Shown here: in pieces, positions 1 to 9,131 of the stretch
Layout: the number at the start of each line of letters is the position of its first letter
Position numbering within the stretch: the stretch's first letter is position 1
NCBI GenBank assembly: GCA_026967815.1
Contig: JAPUUO010000002.1
Coordinates: 1-53,782 of the forward strand
Direction of reading: 5' to 3'
Source: Candidatus Bathyarchaeota archaeon
Lineage (GTDB): Archaea; Thermoproteota; Bathyarchaeia; Bathyarchaeales; Bathyarchaeaceae
Length of the DNA: 53,782 nt
Notes under the pieces: generated by a model
Databases searched by the model: none
Told to the model about the DNA's origin: nothing
What the model saw: only the letters and a program-made list of their open reading frames with translations
Program-made: the position numbers and the translations under genes

Positions 1-507
1 TACAATTTCGATCTCAACATCTTTAGGCAAAGCCTCATCCAGTTGGGACAAGAGCACTATTGTATATTCAGGGACGCCATCACCCACTTTAACTATGAAC
101 CTAGTTGCTGGGGTCTTGGTTAAAACATCTAAAACAGCATTTACAGTCTGTTCAACGCTCGAGTGAACCATTTTTTCTAGTAGGGTTCCATTGCTGAGCA
201 CCGCCATTCCAAAGGTCTTGCCTGGGTCAACGCCAACGGTGATCGCATCGTGGTCTCGCTTGGCCTTAACGCTTCTAATAGCTTCGTTTACAATTGTCGC
301 TGGATCCGTCGCTTCTTCAAAAACTATGACATTCGGATGGCTAATGAACTTACGCTCATCCTCTGTCGTTATCACAACTCTAACGCTGACCGGAATTGAT
401 TCATACGGCGTTAAACTCAAGAAAGGCACGTCTTTGGCTTTAAGTTCGTTCACTAGCTGATAGTAGGCTTTCCCAGACACCGTGGCAACTGCTATCTTGG
501 CCTTCAT
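1..507 (-). CDS. Conserved archaeal protein with RNase H-like/YqgF-type motif (3' end outside window)
   Basis: Not in ORF track. Read by hand from ATG at 507: MKAKIAVATVSGKAYYQLVNELK...AITVGVDPGKTFGMAV...VKVGDG, open to the window edge. The VGVDPG motif is typical of RNase H-fold/YqgF-like proteins. Confidence 0.75.
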   Translation of the reverse strand, partial: MKAKIAVATVSGKAYYQLVNELKAKDVPFLSLTPYESIPVSVRVVITTEDERKFISHPNVIVFEEATDPATIVNEAIRSVKAKRDHDAITVGVDPGKTFGMAVLSNGTLLEKMVHSSVEQTVNAVLDVLTKTPATRFIVKVGDGVPEYTIVLLSQLDEALPKDVEIEIV

Positions 508-572
508 AATATTTCCTTAATGCTCTAGTACAAGATAAAATTATTAACTTTCACCCTCAGTATCGCTTTACT

Positions 573-1274
573 GTGAACCGCTTGCAAGATAAGATTCCAA
601 CTGGCTGTCAACCTTTGGACAAGATGCTATATGGAGGATTAACTCTTGGAGACGTCACGCTCGTTTACGGAGAAGCTGAAACTGGAAAAACATCCTTAGC
701 AATTCAATGCGCAGTTAACACAGCCAGATCTGGCTACAAAGCCATTTTCGTTGATTCAGACGGCACATTTTCCCCTGTTCGGTTGTCGCAAATAGCGCAA
801 AAGGACACAGAGGAAGTCGCGCCTTCAATAACTCTGGTCAAGCCAACCACTTTTCAGGAGCAAGCCTTGGCCATAGACCGCCTAGACGAATACCTGACGA
901 AAACAGTAGGCATAGTGATCGTTGACACCGTAACGTCACTCTACCGATTGGAATTGGGTCAACCTAAGAAAACATTCACACTTAACAGAGAACTTGGAAG
1001 ACAAGTAGCAGGCTTGGCCCAAATCGCAAAAACCCGCAAGTCAGCAGTTCTCATCAACAGCCAGGTTCGAAACGTGTTTCTACAAGGTGCGGTAACAATG
1101 GAGCCCGTCGGCACACGCGTGCTGAAATTCTGGGCGGATACCGTGCTCAACCTGAAACTGACGGGTCAGTCGCGCATGCTGAAAGCTGTTCTTGAAAAAC
1201 ACCCACAGCGAAAACGATCTACCAGTTGTTATTTCACAATAGGAAAAACTGGAATCCGCCGTCACCGACGCTAA
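573..1274 (+). CDS. radB: DNA repair and recombination protein RadB (RecA/RadA family ATPase)
   Basis: Walker A GEAETGKT, Walker B IVIVD, no RadA N-terminal HhH domain, C-terminal LEKH motif, 233 aa. Confidence 0.85.
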   Translation: MNRLQDKIPTGCQPLDKMLYGGLTLGDVTLVYGEAETGKTSLAIQCAVNTARSGYKAIFVDSDGTFSPVRLSQIAQKDTEEVAPSITLVKPTTFQEQALAIDRLDEYLTKTVGIVIVDTVTSLYRLELGQPKKTFTLNRELGRQVAGLAQIAKTRKSAVLINSQVRNVFLQGAVTMEPVGTRVLKFWADTVLNLKLTGQSRMLKAVLEKHPQRKRSTSCYFTIGKTGIRRHRR

Positions 1275-1309
1275 CTTTATCTTCTTTCGGATAAATACTA
1301 GGCGAGAAC

Positions 1310-1840
1310 ATGCAGACAATCATCAACAACATTATCTATGCCTTCTACTACATTTTCCCAGCCTACGTCGCCAATGCTATGCCAGTCATATTTGGAGGAG
1401 GCCACCCCATAGATGCGGGCAAGCTCTTGTGGGATGGAAAGCCCATATTGGGCTCAAACAAAACTGTACGAGGCTTCTTTGCTGGCTTATTAATTGGCAC
1501 GTTCACGGGTTTCGTTCTAAGTCTTCTCTACCAGCTTGACGGTTTTCCCCAAGACTTTCTGTTTCAATATGACTTTTGGCTTGGCTTTATGCTCTCTCTA
1601 GGAGCCTTAACTGGCGACCTGTTTCATTCTTTCATTAAGAGAAGGTTAGACATTTCTCCAGGTTCGCCTCTTCCAGTAGCAGATCAGCTTGACTTCGCTT
1701 TAGGGGCCATCCTCTTTTCCATCGTGTTTTACCCGCCGCCTTGGTACATCGCCGTTATAATCATAATTGTAACACCGCCCATACATCTTTTAACAAACTT
1801 CCTTGCCTATCTCATTGGCGCTAAAGGAAACCCATGGTGA
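1310..1840 (+). CDS. carS: CDP-archaeol synthase (DUF46/UPF0290)
   Basis: PAYVANAMP, GxxKTxRGF, GDLxxSFIKRR and DQLDF motifs; multiple TM helices. Confidence 0.92.
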   Translation: MQTIINNIIYAFYYIFPAYVANAMPVIFGGGHPIDAGKLLWDGKPILGSNKTVRGFFAGLLIGTFTGFVLSLLYQLDGFPQDFLFQYDFWLGFMLSLGALTGDLFHSFIKRRLDISPGSPLPVADQLDFALGAILFSIVFYPPPWYIAVIIIIVTPPIHLLTNFLAYLIGAKGNPW

Positions 1841-1933
1841 AAGGCAAAATCATCCAGGTGAAACTCTTTTTCAACCATCTGTCTTGATTGTTGAGCTACA
1901 ATTGCTGAACCAGGTAACTCCTTATTTGCCTCT

Positions 1934-2362
1934 CTAAGTCGTAACCGTAAGCTTTGACCACAACAGATTCTCAACGTAGATATAAGCGACAAGGAGAAAA
2001 ACTACGCCAGTTAACAGCAGAATGTAAGCTTGGCGAGGTTTGTAGGCATATTTCGTGCTTTGATACATCAAAAAGACGCCGAAAAAGCCAATGGCATATG
2101 AAGTCATCACCAAGAGGCTTTCAAGAACCGCTTGTTCATGCACTGAGTAAGGATAGAAGAAGAGAATTCTACTTCCTATGGGAATAGCTATGAGAGGCTC
2201 CGCCAAGAGGTCGTACACCCCACCGCCGAGGAAAAAAACAGTTGCTGCAAGTAACACGAAGGCTGTAACAAATATAGAGGGTTTAGCAGTTGCTATTTTT
2301 CTTATTGCCCTCTTCAACCGAAACCCAAACGACGAAAGCCTCTTTTTAGTCCGACCTGCCAA
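1934..2362 (-). CDS. Three-TM membrane protein resembling oligosaccharyltransferase subunit OSTC/DC2 (OST3/OST6 family)
   Basis: FFLGGGVYDLLAEP and HEQAVLESL segments, size 142 aa and topology match OSTC/DC2 as recalled; TTG start. Confidence 0.7.
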   Translation of the reverse strand: MAGRTKKRLSSFGFRLKRAIRKIATAKPSIFVTAFVLLAATVFFLGGGVYDLLAEPLIAIPIGSRILFFYPYSVHEQAVLESLLVMTSYAIGFFGVFLMYQSTKYAYKPRQAYILLLTGVVFLLVAYIYVENLLWSKLTVTT

Positions 2363-2369
2363 GTTCTGT

Positions 2370-2579
2370 TCACTCCTTGTCCTTCAACAGACGCTCAGCC
2401 ACTTCTTTTGCCCAAGCGCCTGTAAATGGATTTTTCACAATCTCATTTAAGTATTGTTCCCAAGACACGTCAGCAGCATGTTTCCAAATCTCAAATTTCT
2501 GCACTACACTAGCATAGGCTTTCTTATGTAACTCGCAATATTCATTTCTTGCCTCTCTGCTGCAACATTTGCATCTCAA
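2370..2579 (-). CDS. Small hypothetical protein with CxxC...CxxH putative Zn site
   Basis: TTG at 2579 preceded by GGAGG; MRCKCCSREARNEYCELHKKAY...WEQYL; overlaps the topA 3' end. Confidence 0.7.
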   Translation of the reverse strand: MRCKCCSREARNEYCELHKKAYASVVQKFEIWKHAADVSWEQYLNEIVKNPFTGAWAKEVAERLLKDKE

Positions 2580-4656
2580 GACGTTTCCTCCTTTCTTCTT
2601 TTTTTGGGCAGTCTTCATTAAAACAAAGCGTCCATGGCCGACGTCCCTTCGTTTTTACGATCAACGTGGGCCAGCCGCAGCCTTTACAAGGCTTGTGTAA
2701 CGGCTTAACCGTTCCTCGTTGTGGAAGCGGAAACGATGTTTGACAGAGGTGTTTGAAGTAGTTTGTGCAACCGATGAACCGTTTTCGAGTTTTTCTCGAG
2801 TATAGTACCATTAATTTGCCTGTGTGACAGGTAGGGCACTCACCCACCAATCTCTCATGGATTCGTGACCGTTTAATGGCATTGCTCAACACTTCACCTA
2901 TGACTGCTTCACTCTGCTTCAGCTCTTCCAACATAGGTTTAAGTCCTTCAACAGCTTCAAAGAGGACCTTTTCCCTTTCTTCACTGCCTGTTTGAATTCG
3001 CTCCATCTTCTCTTCAAGTTCACGAGTAAGCTCCACAGAGATAACTCCTGGACAATATCTATGAAGAACATCAATTATGTCGAAACCCAAGTCGGTAACG
3101 ACCATTCTTTCTTCAGCTATGTACTTTCGGTTATACAAAGTTTCAATTGTGTCGGCTCTTGTAGCCTTTGTTCCAATTCCATCCTCCTCCATTTTCCTCA
3201 ATAGACTGCTAGGATTGTAGCGGGGAAGCGGCTTCGTAAACTTGTCTTCACACAGTACCTTTTTCAACTGAATAATCTCCCCTTCTTTCAAAGGCGGCAA
3301 CAACACTTCTTCGGTTCTTACATAAGGCTTGTAAAATTCCATCCAGCCTTCCTTCAAGACGCGCCTTCCTCGCAAGTGAAAGCGATGCTCATTCACGTTC
3401 AAGGTAGCCTTTATGCTTTGTTTAACTGCCGGTTCACCGAAAACTGCCATAAAGCGCCTCGCAACGAGATCCCATATTCGCTTCTCCGGATTGGAGAGGG
3501 ATCTTTCTGGAAGATTCCCAGTCGGATAAACTGCTGGATGCGCGGGGTCTTCTTTGGCTCCTTCTCTTGGTTTCAATTCGTCTACTTTGAGAAGTTCAGA
3601 AGCAAGGCGTTTATAGGCTCGTTCCTTGCTTAGACCCTTCAAAATTGCTTTGTAGTCTATCACAGAAGGCAGTTTTTGGCTGCTTGTTCTGGGATAAGAA
3701 ATTAGGGCTCCAAGGTATAAGCGCTCAGCGATGCTCGAGGTTTTTCTCGGCGTGTATCTAAAAAGACTATAGGCTTCAGTTTGTAAAGCTCCGAGATCAA
3801 ATGGAATTGGAGGCTTCTGCTGAGTTCTGTTCTTTTCGATTGTTTCGATTTTGCCAGCTTTTCCCTTACATGTTTTTACAACTGCTTCTGCGTCCGCCCT
3901 TCTCTTTAAGGTCGTCTTTTCATATTCTGCCTCGTACGTGGTTCCTTCTATGTCAACTGTAGCTCCTATGCTCCAGTAAGGCGTAGGAACAAAACTACGA
4001 ATGCTTTTTTCTCTATCCACCAAAAACTTCAGGGTTGGTCCCTGAACCCTACCAGAGCTAAGTGTGGCATACTTTCCGCTCCAACGTTTTGCAGCAAGAG
4101 TCAGAGCTCTAGAGATATTTATGCCGTAGAGCCAGTCAACTTCGTGTCGTGTCCTTCCAGCTTCAATTAAGCCGAAATCCAGTTTGGGCAAGGGTTCACT
4201 GTAGGCCTTTTCCAACTCTTTCTTGGTTAAAGTAGAAAACCTCATCCTCTTGGCTACGTCTTGCTTGTTTTCACAAGCGTATCTGAGTAAGCAATACCCG
4301 ATTAAGCTTCCTTCAATGTCATAATCACACGCATCGATAAACTCTTCAGCGTTGTCCGCAAGTTTGGATACAACCTCAATCCATAAGCGACTCTGTCCTG
4401 CGCTTTTTTCAGCTAGGTAGCGCGGCGCCCATTTGAAATTAAAAACCGGATAGTAATTTCTCCCTTTCCCAACGTGTACAACCGTGTAAAGATGCCCTAG
4501 AGCGGAAACAACAACCAGAGGCTTGTCTCGTTTGGCTAGGAAATAAGGCACATTTTTCTCTTCGACTTTCGTTGGCTTACCTTTCTGGTCAAGCGCTTGT
4601 GCTATACGTTGGGCAGCACTAGGCTTTTCCGTAATGATAAGCGTATACTTCTCCAA
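2542..4656 (-). CDS. topA: DNA topoisomerase I (type IA) with C-terminal Zn ribbons
   Basis: TOPRIM IITEKP, ACDYDIEG, SGRVQGPTL, catalytic ISYPRT, GIGTKATR; C4 zinc ribbons. Probable TTG start at 4656. Confidence 0.96.
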   Translation of the reverse strand: MEKYTLIITEKPSAAQRIAQALDQKGKPTKVEEKNVPYFLAKRDKPLVVVSALGHLYTVVHVGKGRNYYPVFNFKWAPRYLAEKSAGQSRLWIEVVSKLADNAEEFIDACDYDIEGSLIGYCLLRYACENKQDVAKRMRFSTLTKKELEKAYSEPLPKLDFGLIEAGRTRHEVDWLYGINISRALTLAAKRWSGKYATLSSGRVQGPTLKFLVDREKSIRSFVPTPYWSIGATVDIEGTTYEAEYEKTTLKRRADAEAVVKTCKGKAGKIETIEKNRTQQKPPIPFDLGALQTEAYSLFRYTPRKTSSIAERLYLGALISYPRTSSQKLPSVIDYKAILKGLSKERAYKRLASELLKVDELKPREGAKEDPAHPAVYPTGNLPERSLSNPEKRIWDLVARRFMAVFGEPAVKQSIKATLNVNEHRFHLRGRRVLKEGWMEFYKPYVRTEEVLLPPLKEGEIIQLKKVLCEDKFTKPLPRYNPSSLLRKMEEDGIGTKATRADTIETLYNRKYIAEERMVVTDLGFDIIDVLHRYCPGVISVELTRELEEKMERIQTGSEEREKVLFEAVEGLKPMLEELKQSEAVIGEVLSNAIKRSRIHERLVGECPTCHTGKLMVLYSRKTRKRFIGCTNYFKHLCQTSFPLPQRGTVKPLHKPCKGCGWPTLIVKTKGRRPWTLCFNEDCPKKEERRKRLEMQMLQQRGKK

Positions 4657-4740
4657 ACGCGATTCCTTTTTCCTTTCTGAATGCATAGAAGTTATAAATA
4701 GTTTGTGTGCTTCTATTTCAGATACTATGGAAGTGATGTG

Positions 4741-4905
4741 TTGCCTCAACGAATTCTTTGTAATAATTGTGGTGCAATTCTCTTTGAAGGCATGGACTTA
4801 ACCCCGCCAGATGAAATTGTACAACGCTTCGATGGCAAATGCCCCAAATGCGGCAAGAAACTATCTTTTAATCCCATAAACGTTGACATTAAAAAGATAA
4901 AATAG
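4741..4905 (+). CDS. Small Zn-ribbon protein
   Basis: TTG start; MPQRILCNNCG...KCPKCGKKL has two CxxC pairs; divergent from topA with a TATA-like TTATAAATA at about 4692. Confidence 0.75.
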   Translation: MPQRILCNNCGAILFEGMDLTPPDEIVQRFDGKCPKCGKKLSFNPINVDIKKIK

Positions 4906-4949
4906 TTAAGATTTTATTCTTCCAAAGCTAACATGACAGAGGGTTTAAG

Positions 4950-6104
4950 TTGGCAGAGCCCACGCAAAGAACCCACCTCTACAGATTTCACAAGCAAACT
5001 GGCAAAATGACGCTATTTGCCGGCTTTGAAATGCCCCTCTGGTACAAGGGGATAATCCCAGAGCACATGGCTGTGCGCAACAACGTTGGCATATTCGACA
5101 TCAGCCATATGGGAAGGACAATAATCAGCGGTTCAGAAAGTGAAGCTTTTCTAAACTATGTAACAACCAACAACGTTTCACGCTTGACCCCTCTCTGCGC
5201 GCATTATTCTACAATGTGCAATGAGCAGGGCGGAGTCAAAGATGATTTCGTCCTCTCAAGGCTTGAACCCGAAAAGTTCTTCATGGTCTATAATGCCTCC
5301 AACAGAAAAAAGGACTTTGAATGGCTCGTTCAAAATTCCAAATCCTTCAAAACAAAGGTTGAACATGTTTCTGACAACATCGCTATGTTCGCAGTGCAAG
5401 GACCTAAAGCCGAGCAAACCCTTCAGAAGATAGCTAACTCCAACCTAAGCAAAATCGAACGATTCAAATGCGGCTGGACCAAGCTTGAAGGGGCAACAGT
5501 GTTTCTTTCACGAACAGGATACACAGGTGAAGACGGGTTTGAAATATTTGTCTGGGATACTCCACTCTCAAACCCAGCCAAGGCAGAAAAAGTTTGGAAC
5601 GCCATCCTAGAAGCTGGCAAAGAGTTTGGAATTGAACCTTGTGGCTTGGGTGCAAGAGACACACTACGGTTGGAAGCAGGCATGTGCCTCTATGGTAATG
5701 ACATTGACGAAAACACAACGCCACTAGAAGCCAGACTAGGCTTCGTTGTAAAACTGAAGAAGGAACGGTTCATCGGCAAAGATGCTTTACTAAAGCAGAA
5801 AACTGAGGGAGTTAAGAGAAAACGTGTAGGCTTGCGAATGCTAGAGAAAGGCATCCCTCGTCCTCATTATGAGGTTTGGAAGAGCAGCCAAAAGATAGGA
5901 CAGGTAACAAGTGGCACGTTCTCTCCTGTTCTGGAATGTGGAATAGCCGTGGCATACGTGCCCACCGAGCAAGCGGTTGAAAACTCAACAGTTATGGTTA
6001 AGATAAGAGATAAGCTTGCCAAGGCAGAAGTGATTAGGTTCCCGTTTTACGACTCGTCAAAGTATGGCTACAGGAGGCAAAGCAGTGCGAGTGTTGGATT
6101 ATGA
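4950..6104 (+). CDS. gcvT: Glycine cleavage system T protein (aminomethyltransferase)
   Basis: FAGFEMPLWY, GIFDISHMG, SRTGYTGEDGFEI, GLGARDTLRLEAG. Confidence 0.97.
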   Translation: MAEPTQRTHLYRFHKQTGKMTLFAGFEMPLWYKGIIPEHMAVRNNVGIFDISHMGRTIISGSESEAFLNYVTTNNVSRLTPLCAHYSTMCNEQGGVKDDFVLSRLEPEKFFMVYNASNRKKDFEWLVQNSKSFKTKVEHVSDNIAMFAVQGPKAEQTLQKIANSNLSKIERFKCGWTKLEGATVFLSRTGYTGEDGFEIFVWDTPLSNPAKAEKVWNAILEAGKEFGIEPCGLGARDTLRLEAGMCLYGNDIDENTTPLEARLGFVVKLKKERFIGKDALLKQKTEGVKRKRVGLRMLEKGIPRPHYEVWKSSQKIGQVTSGTFSPVLECGIAVAYVPTEQAVENSTVMVKIRDKLAKAEVIRFPFYDSSKYGYRRQSSASVGL

Positions 6105-6492
6105 CATTCCAGACGATCTTTACTATTCAAGGGAACATGAATGGGTCAGTGCAAAAGGCAAAACTGCAGTTATTGGAATAACAGACTACGCACAAAAATC
6201 GCTCCATGAAGTAGTCTACGTGGAAACCCCGAAGGTTGACAACCAAATCCAGCAATCCCAGTCCATAGGCTCAGTTGAATCTGTAAAGTCAGTTTCAGAT
6301 ATCTTCACTCCCGTCTCGGGCAGAATAATCGAGATTAACGAGGAACTTGCGGAAAGCCCTGAACTCGTAAATCAAGACCCGTATGGAAAAGGATGGATTG
6401 CAAAAATTCATTTAGCAAACTTTGATGAAGATATGAAGAAGCTTCTGACCGCCAAGCAGTATGCCAACTACATTAAAAGCCTTGAAGAATAA
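6085..6492 (+). CDS. gcvH: Glycine cleavage system H protein
   Basis: YSREHEWV, GITDYAQ, lipoyl-Lys motif VESVKSVSD, NQDPYGKGWI; GTG start after AGGAGG. Confidence 0.96.
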   Translation: MRVLDYDIPDDLYYSREHEWVSAKGKTAVIGITDYAQKSLHEVVYVETPKVDNQIQQSQSIGSVESVKSVSDIFTPVSGRIIEINEELAESPELVNQDPYGKGWIAKIHLANFDEDMKKLLTAKQYANYIKSLEE

Positions 6493-6506
6493 GAGACGCT
6501 GCAAGC

Positions 6507-7280
6507 TTAGCTAATATAGGTTATTCGTTCTTCTTCGGTCTTGCGCTTTTTCCGAGCATACTCTTCTCTTCGATGTTCGATTTCCCGCATTTTAGCCACA
6601 ATCTGCTTGGACTTCTTGATCTCCTTATCCAGGTCACCTATGTCCATCTTCATATCAAGCATTTTTTGCAGAACCTCCAGAACACTCTTGGCAGCTAAAG
6701 GGTCAGGCAGGTAGCCTCGTGTTTCTCCCAGCAGGCATACAGCATCTATGTTTTGAAATTTCGCCAATCCTAAAAGCAGCCCAGCTGTGCCCACAATTGG
6801 ATTGCCAGATGAACTCGCCAGCGCATTTGCCTGCAAAGCTTTTTTCAAGACGCCAGGGTTTGTGGAAACAGCCACTACTTGAGGTTTTTTTTCAACTTCT
6901 TTTCGGTAGCCACCAAGTGTAACAATCAGTTTGGTGTTCAGTTTGGAAACGAAGTTGAGAATACAACTTGAAACCTCATACTGACCTTCAATGGTTTGTG
7001 CTTGGCTATCTCCCGTTAAGAAGATGAAGTCGGTTTCGGCATTGTGGTTTTTCGAGAAGTAGAAGTTGCCTCTGAGAAGTCTTACACTTCCCTTCTTGTT
7101 TACGTGCACGTAGTAGGGAAAATGCGGTGAATAGAGCTCAGCGAGTTTTTTGGCTTTCAACTGCTTAATAAGGTATCTAGTTGCAATTCTCCCAACCATC
7201 CCAAGTCCGGGAAGCCCCTCAATTAGTATGGGGTTCTTTAGCTTGACCTTCATTTTTTCTTTGACAAATGTTTCTTTCAT
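6507..7280 (-). CDS. PAC2 family proteasome assembly chaperone-like protein
   Basis: IEGLPGLGMVG, GDSQ, LGETRGYLPDP; canonical position after nop10. Confidence 0.9.
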   Translation of the reverse strand: MKETFVKEKMKVKLKNPILIEGLPGLGMVGRIATRYLIKQLKAKKLAELYSPHFPYYVHVNKKGSVRLLRGNFYFSKNHNAETDFIFLTGDSQAQTIEGQYEVSSCILNFVSKLNTKLIVTLGGYRKEVEKKPQVVAVSTNPGVLKKALQANALASSSGNPIVGTAGLLLGLAKFQNIDAVCLLGETRGYLPDPLAAKSVLEVLQKMLDMKMDIGDLDKEIKKSKQIVAKMREIEHRREEYARKKRKTEEERITYIS

Positions 7281-7438
7281 TGAATTTCAGCCCTCATTGC
7301 ACCTTTATACTTGGCATATTTGTCATCTGGCGAAAACTTTGCAGGATGGGGAATATGAACATTACCTCCACAATAGGGACACTTCTGATTCAACGTGTAA
7401 TTTTTACACTTCTCACATCTTCTAAGCAACCAAACCAT
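7277..7438 (-). CDS. nop10: H/ACA RNP protein Nop10
   Basis: Not in ORF track (53 aa): MVWLLRRCEKCKNYTLNQKCPYCGGNVHIPHPAKFSPDDKYAKYK; TAATG and ATGA overlaps with both neighbours. Confidence 0.95.
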   Translation of the reverse strand: MVWLLRRCEKCKNYTLNQKCPYCGGNVHIPHPAKFSPDDKYAKYKGAMRAEIQ

Positions 7439-8229
7439 TATTTTCCCCTATGGAAGGTGCCTGTTCCTCCAGCCTTCGTTATGTTCTTTATGGCGGTTTC
7501 CGTGGCTTTTTCAAGAACCTTCTCAGCTTTCTTGTAATCTTCCGCTGAAACTTCTATGCGATACTTTGGCGGTGCAACAACATATACCCGAACGCTTGTT
7601 CCAGAAGACTTTTCAAATTTTTCAGCGCTCAAGAGAGCCTTACGAATACGAACCACGCCATCAGGCTTCACACATTGAAGCTCAAGTGTTCCTTTTATCG
7701 TGATAAGAGGAAGTTTTATTTTTTCTTTAACGATCTCGGCTATTGCAGCGGCTAAGTTCTTGGGAACCCCCAGTTCTAACAGAACGTCCGGACCTTCTCT
7801 CGCAGTTCTCGCCAAACCCCAGTACAATTCACCAAATTTCTCTTCAATGAGAACCCCAGCTTTTTCATGAACCTCTTCGACAGGTATGTCTAGCTTTTCG
7901 GAAACACTGCGGAGAAGCCCTTCGGCTTGTCTGTCTTTCTTCCAGGCGAGAAGCTTTTCTCTTCTCGCTCGTTTAGTTACTCTTCTAAGTGAGAGGTCTA
8001 CATGTTCCTTTTCGACGTTCACTCGTAAAACTTTCAACACGGTTTTTTGTCCTTCACGTATAAAAGAACGGATGTTTCGAACCCAGCCAGAGGACAATTC
8101 AGATATATGCAACAAACCTTCCTTTCCATATTCATCAAGAAAAACGTACGCACCATAATTAGTTACGTTTTGTATAGAAGCTATTACCAAGTCGCCAACT
8201 TCAGGCCACTCAGGTTTTTTAATAGGCAT
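7438..8229 (-). CDS. eif2a: Translation initiation factor 2 alpha subunit (aIF2-alpha)
   Basis: PEVGDLVIA, S1 domain YGAYVFLDEY...LLHISE, VDLSLRRV, APPKYRI; ATG at 8229. Confidence 0.96.
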   Translation of the reverse strand: MPIKKPEWPEVGDLVIASIQNVTNYGAYVFLDEYGKEGLLHISELSSGWVRNIRSFIREGQKTVLKVLRVNVEKEHVDLSLRRVTKRARREKLLAWKKDRQAEGLLRSVSEKLDIPVEEVHEKAGVLIEEKFGELYWGLARTAREGPDVLLELGVPKNLAAAIAEIVKEKIKLPLITIKGTLELQCVKPDGVVRIRKALLSAEKFEKSSGTSVRVYVVAPPKYRIEVSAEDYKKAEKVLEKATETAIKNITKAGGTGTFHRGK

Positions 8230-8245
8230 GGTGCTCCTCCAGTTT

Positions 8246-8443
8246 TCATTCCAAAACGGTAATAATTTCGCCGTTAATTGCAGCCTTTCCACCGGTTGGC
8301 TCAGCAATAACCGTTCCACAAACATTACAATTTACAACATTGGTCACATGGCTGAAAACAATCTGCTCATTACCGCAGTCTGAGCATTTGACTCTTAAGA
8401 ATCTGCTTCTGGGTCTTGGAATAAGTTTCTCCCATTCACTCAA
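8246..8443 (-). CDS. rps27e: 30S ribosomal protein S27e
   Basis: [22 protein letters not shown]...CNVCG...PTGGKA. Confidence 0.97.
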   Translation of the reverse strand: MSEWEKLIPRPRSRFLRVKCSDCGNEQIVFSHVTNVVNCNVCGTVIAEPTGGKAAINGEIITVLE

Positions 8444-8582
8444 GTCTTTTCATCTCCTCTCGTCAAAGCGAGCTTTTGAGACGCATCCTCACAATTGAAT
8501 GGTTTCAAATACTCACCAGCCGAGTGGTATAGAACAACCTTCATGGTTATTTATACTTTTTCAAGGGCAAGTAACTAGTGCG

Positions 8583-9131
8583 CTATTTGGCTTCTACTTC
8601 TACCGCAACACTTTGCTTAATAAGAATTCTAGCATTTTCAACAGGTAAACTTGCAATGTCTTCAGGTTTAAATGGACCATAGGCTTTCATGTCGGCTCCA
8701 ATGATAGCTGGAATTTCCTGAATGAACCTTAGAATCATTGTCTCAGGTCTTTCTTTAACCTCTATGCGCGGTGAACGCCCACCCAAGATGTCTTTTAACA
8801 AGGTTTGGTAAGATTCTATTGAAGGTGAAACTTCTCCAAGTAACTCTTCTTCTTCACCTGTTAGGGCGTCTTTGGCTACTATTTCGCCAGCAATGGCTTT
8901 CCTAAGAGTCTTTTCATAGCGCAACGTAATGAGCTCTTTAACCATCTTGGTAACATTATTAGATTCTCGTCTCAGAAGCTTGGCTCTAACCGTTTTCTCA
9001 TCAAGCATTCGACTTTCTTCTTTCATTTTCTTTATGTAGTCAGCGAGTTTCACATAGAAATCCTTGAGTAGCACTTGTACTTCCTTGGTTTCCCTTTCCT
9101 TTGTCCACGCTTCATAGAGTTCATCGTACAC
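8583..9131 (-). CDS. DNA replication complex GINS protein (Gins51/Gins15)
   Basis: Helical A domain followed by B domain IPAIIGADMKAYGPFKPEDIASLPVENARILI; follows priS. Confidence 0.88.
   Translation of the reverse strand: MYDELYEAWTKERETKEVQVLLKDFYVKLADYIKKMKEESRMLDEKTVRAKLLRRESNNVTKMVKELITLRYEKTLRKAIAGEIVAKDALTGEEEELLGEVSPSIESYQTLLKDILGGRSPRIEVKERPETMILRFIQEIPAIIGADMKAYGPFKPEDIASLPVENARILIKQSVAVEVEAK

Noticed and set aside
191..460. Plus-strand 89-aa ORF, and the many other short antisense ORFs in the track
   Set aside because: They are shadows of well-supported genes on the opposite strand or in another frame, with no recognisable motifs.
4950..6492. gcvT-gcvH without gcvP or lpd
   Set aside because: Split gcv loci are common in archaea; the other genes may lie outside the window.
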